In this document: piece after piece, positions 63,369 to 64,000 of the stretch
Layout: each line of letters starts with the position of its first letter
How positions within the stretch are numbered: position 1 is the stretch's first letter
Origin: Paragordius varius
Taxonomy: Eukaryota > Animalia > Nematomorpha
Assembly (NCBI GenBank): GCA_964247055.1
Contig: OZ176050.1
Location: forward strand, 6,882,001 to 6,946,000
Direction of reading: 5' to 3'
DNA length: 64,000 nucleotides
Translations under genes and position numbers: made by a program
The notes under the pieces: model-generated
The model's input: the letters and a program-made list of their open reading frames with translations, nothing else
Told to the model about the DNA's origin: nothing
Databases searched by the model: none

Positions 63369-64000
63369 AAGGTATTGTCTTAACTTACAATGATATAATT
63401 TGCAATAATTTTGTTCATACAATATTTATTAGAATATTACTAAATTTAGTTGTAAATGTTTAACATTCATTGAAAATGGTGATTGTAATATATGCTAATT
63501 TATTTAACAGATATATATATTACTTTCTATCAAGTATTCATACACTTAAATAATTATATTTAGCTATAGTGATATTAATATATGGTTTTATATGATTATG
63601 CACAAATGTCATATTTTATTTTGTATTTGGCACATGCGACTAAACAACCACTTATAGTGGATTGCAATATAGTTTGTTTACAATAAAATGCATTTTGTAA
63701 ATCTTTTTCCAAAATTTCAATAAATGCATGGGTTCTATTATGACTACATACTTATAAAAGTTACTATTAATATCAGATTTTGCAAATCTAAATTTTGAGA
63801 ATAAATACGGTATTCATATTGTGGATACTTACGTGATTGGCTTCATTTTTATATACAATAATTAACCATTAAAAAATATCAGCAAGCCTTGCCTTATGTT
63901 TGGCTAAAGCTTTCGTAACATCAAGAAATTAATCATGAGATGGTTATTTATTTAATAATTCAAAGTGGATATTTGTTAAATTATTAAATATGGACATTCC

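Noticed and set aside
63075-63422. 115-aa minus-strand ORF
   Set aside because: It is antisense to the last BHMT exon.

Overview
This is very AT-rich eukaryotic (metazoan, probably invertebrate) genomic DNA; I found no prokaryotic features, rRNA, tRNA or CRISPR arrays. Four spliced protein-coding genes can be rebuilt in frame by hand using GT-AG introns. They are a TIR-less LRR transmembrane protein (+, 7871-10758, 3 exons), a SEC23IP/DDHD2-type phospholipase A1 (+, about 14074-29569, 21 exons, true start uncertain), a kinase-less FGFR-like receptor FGFRL1 (-, 30385-36152, 9 exons, 1200 aa) and betaine-homocysteine S-methyltransferase BHMT (+, about 54956-63368, 9 exons). The rest is transposon-rich: a non-autonomous Helitron family (7 copies or fragments), a decayed Mos1-like mariner, an RTE LINE fragment, hAT, Tc1/mariner and TTAA-flanked MITEs, a 1.9-kb foldback element, and a minimal hammerhead ribozyme motif. 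The most striking structure is in the 5-kb DDHD intron (16924-22010). A Chapaev3-type (CMC) DNA transposon with a TTA target-site duplication holds a second copy of itself in antisense, forming about 1.9-kb inverted arms. Its transposase is interrupted by five, possibly six, ultra-short 21-29 nt GT-AG introns whose removal restores the family alignment. The host introns I resolved are 66 nt or longer, apart from one candidate 25-nt intron at the BHMT start. All calls come from manual reading and remembered family motifs; no database search was run.
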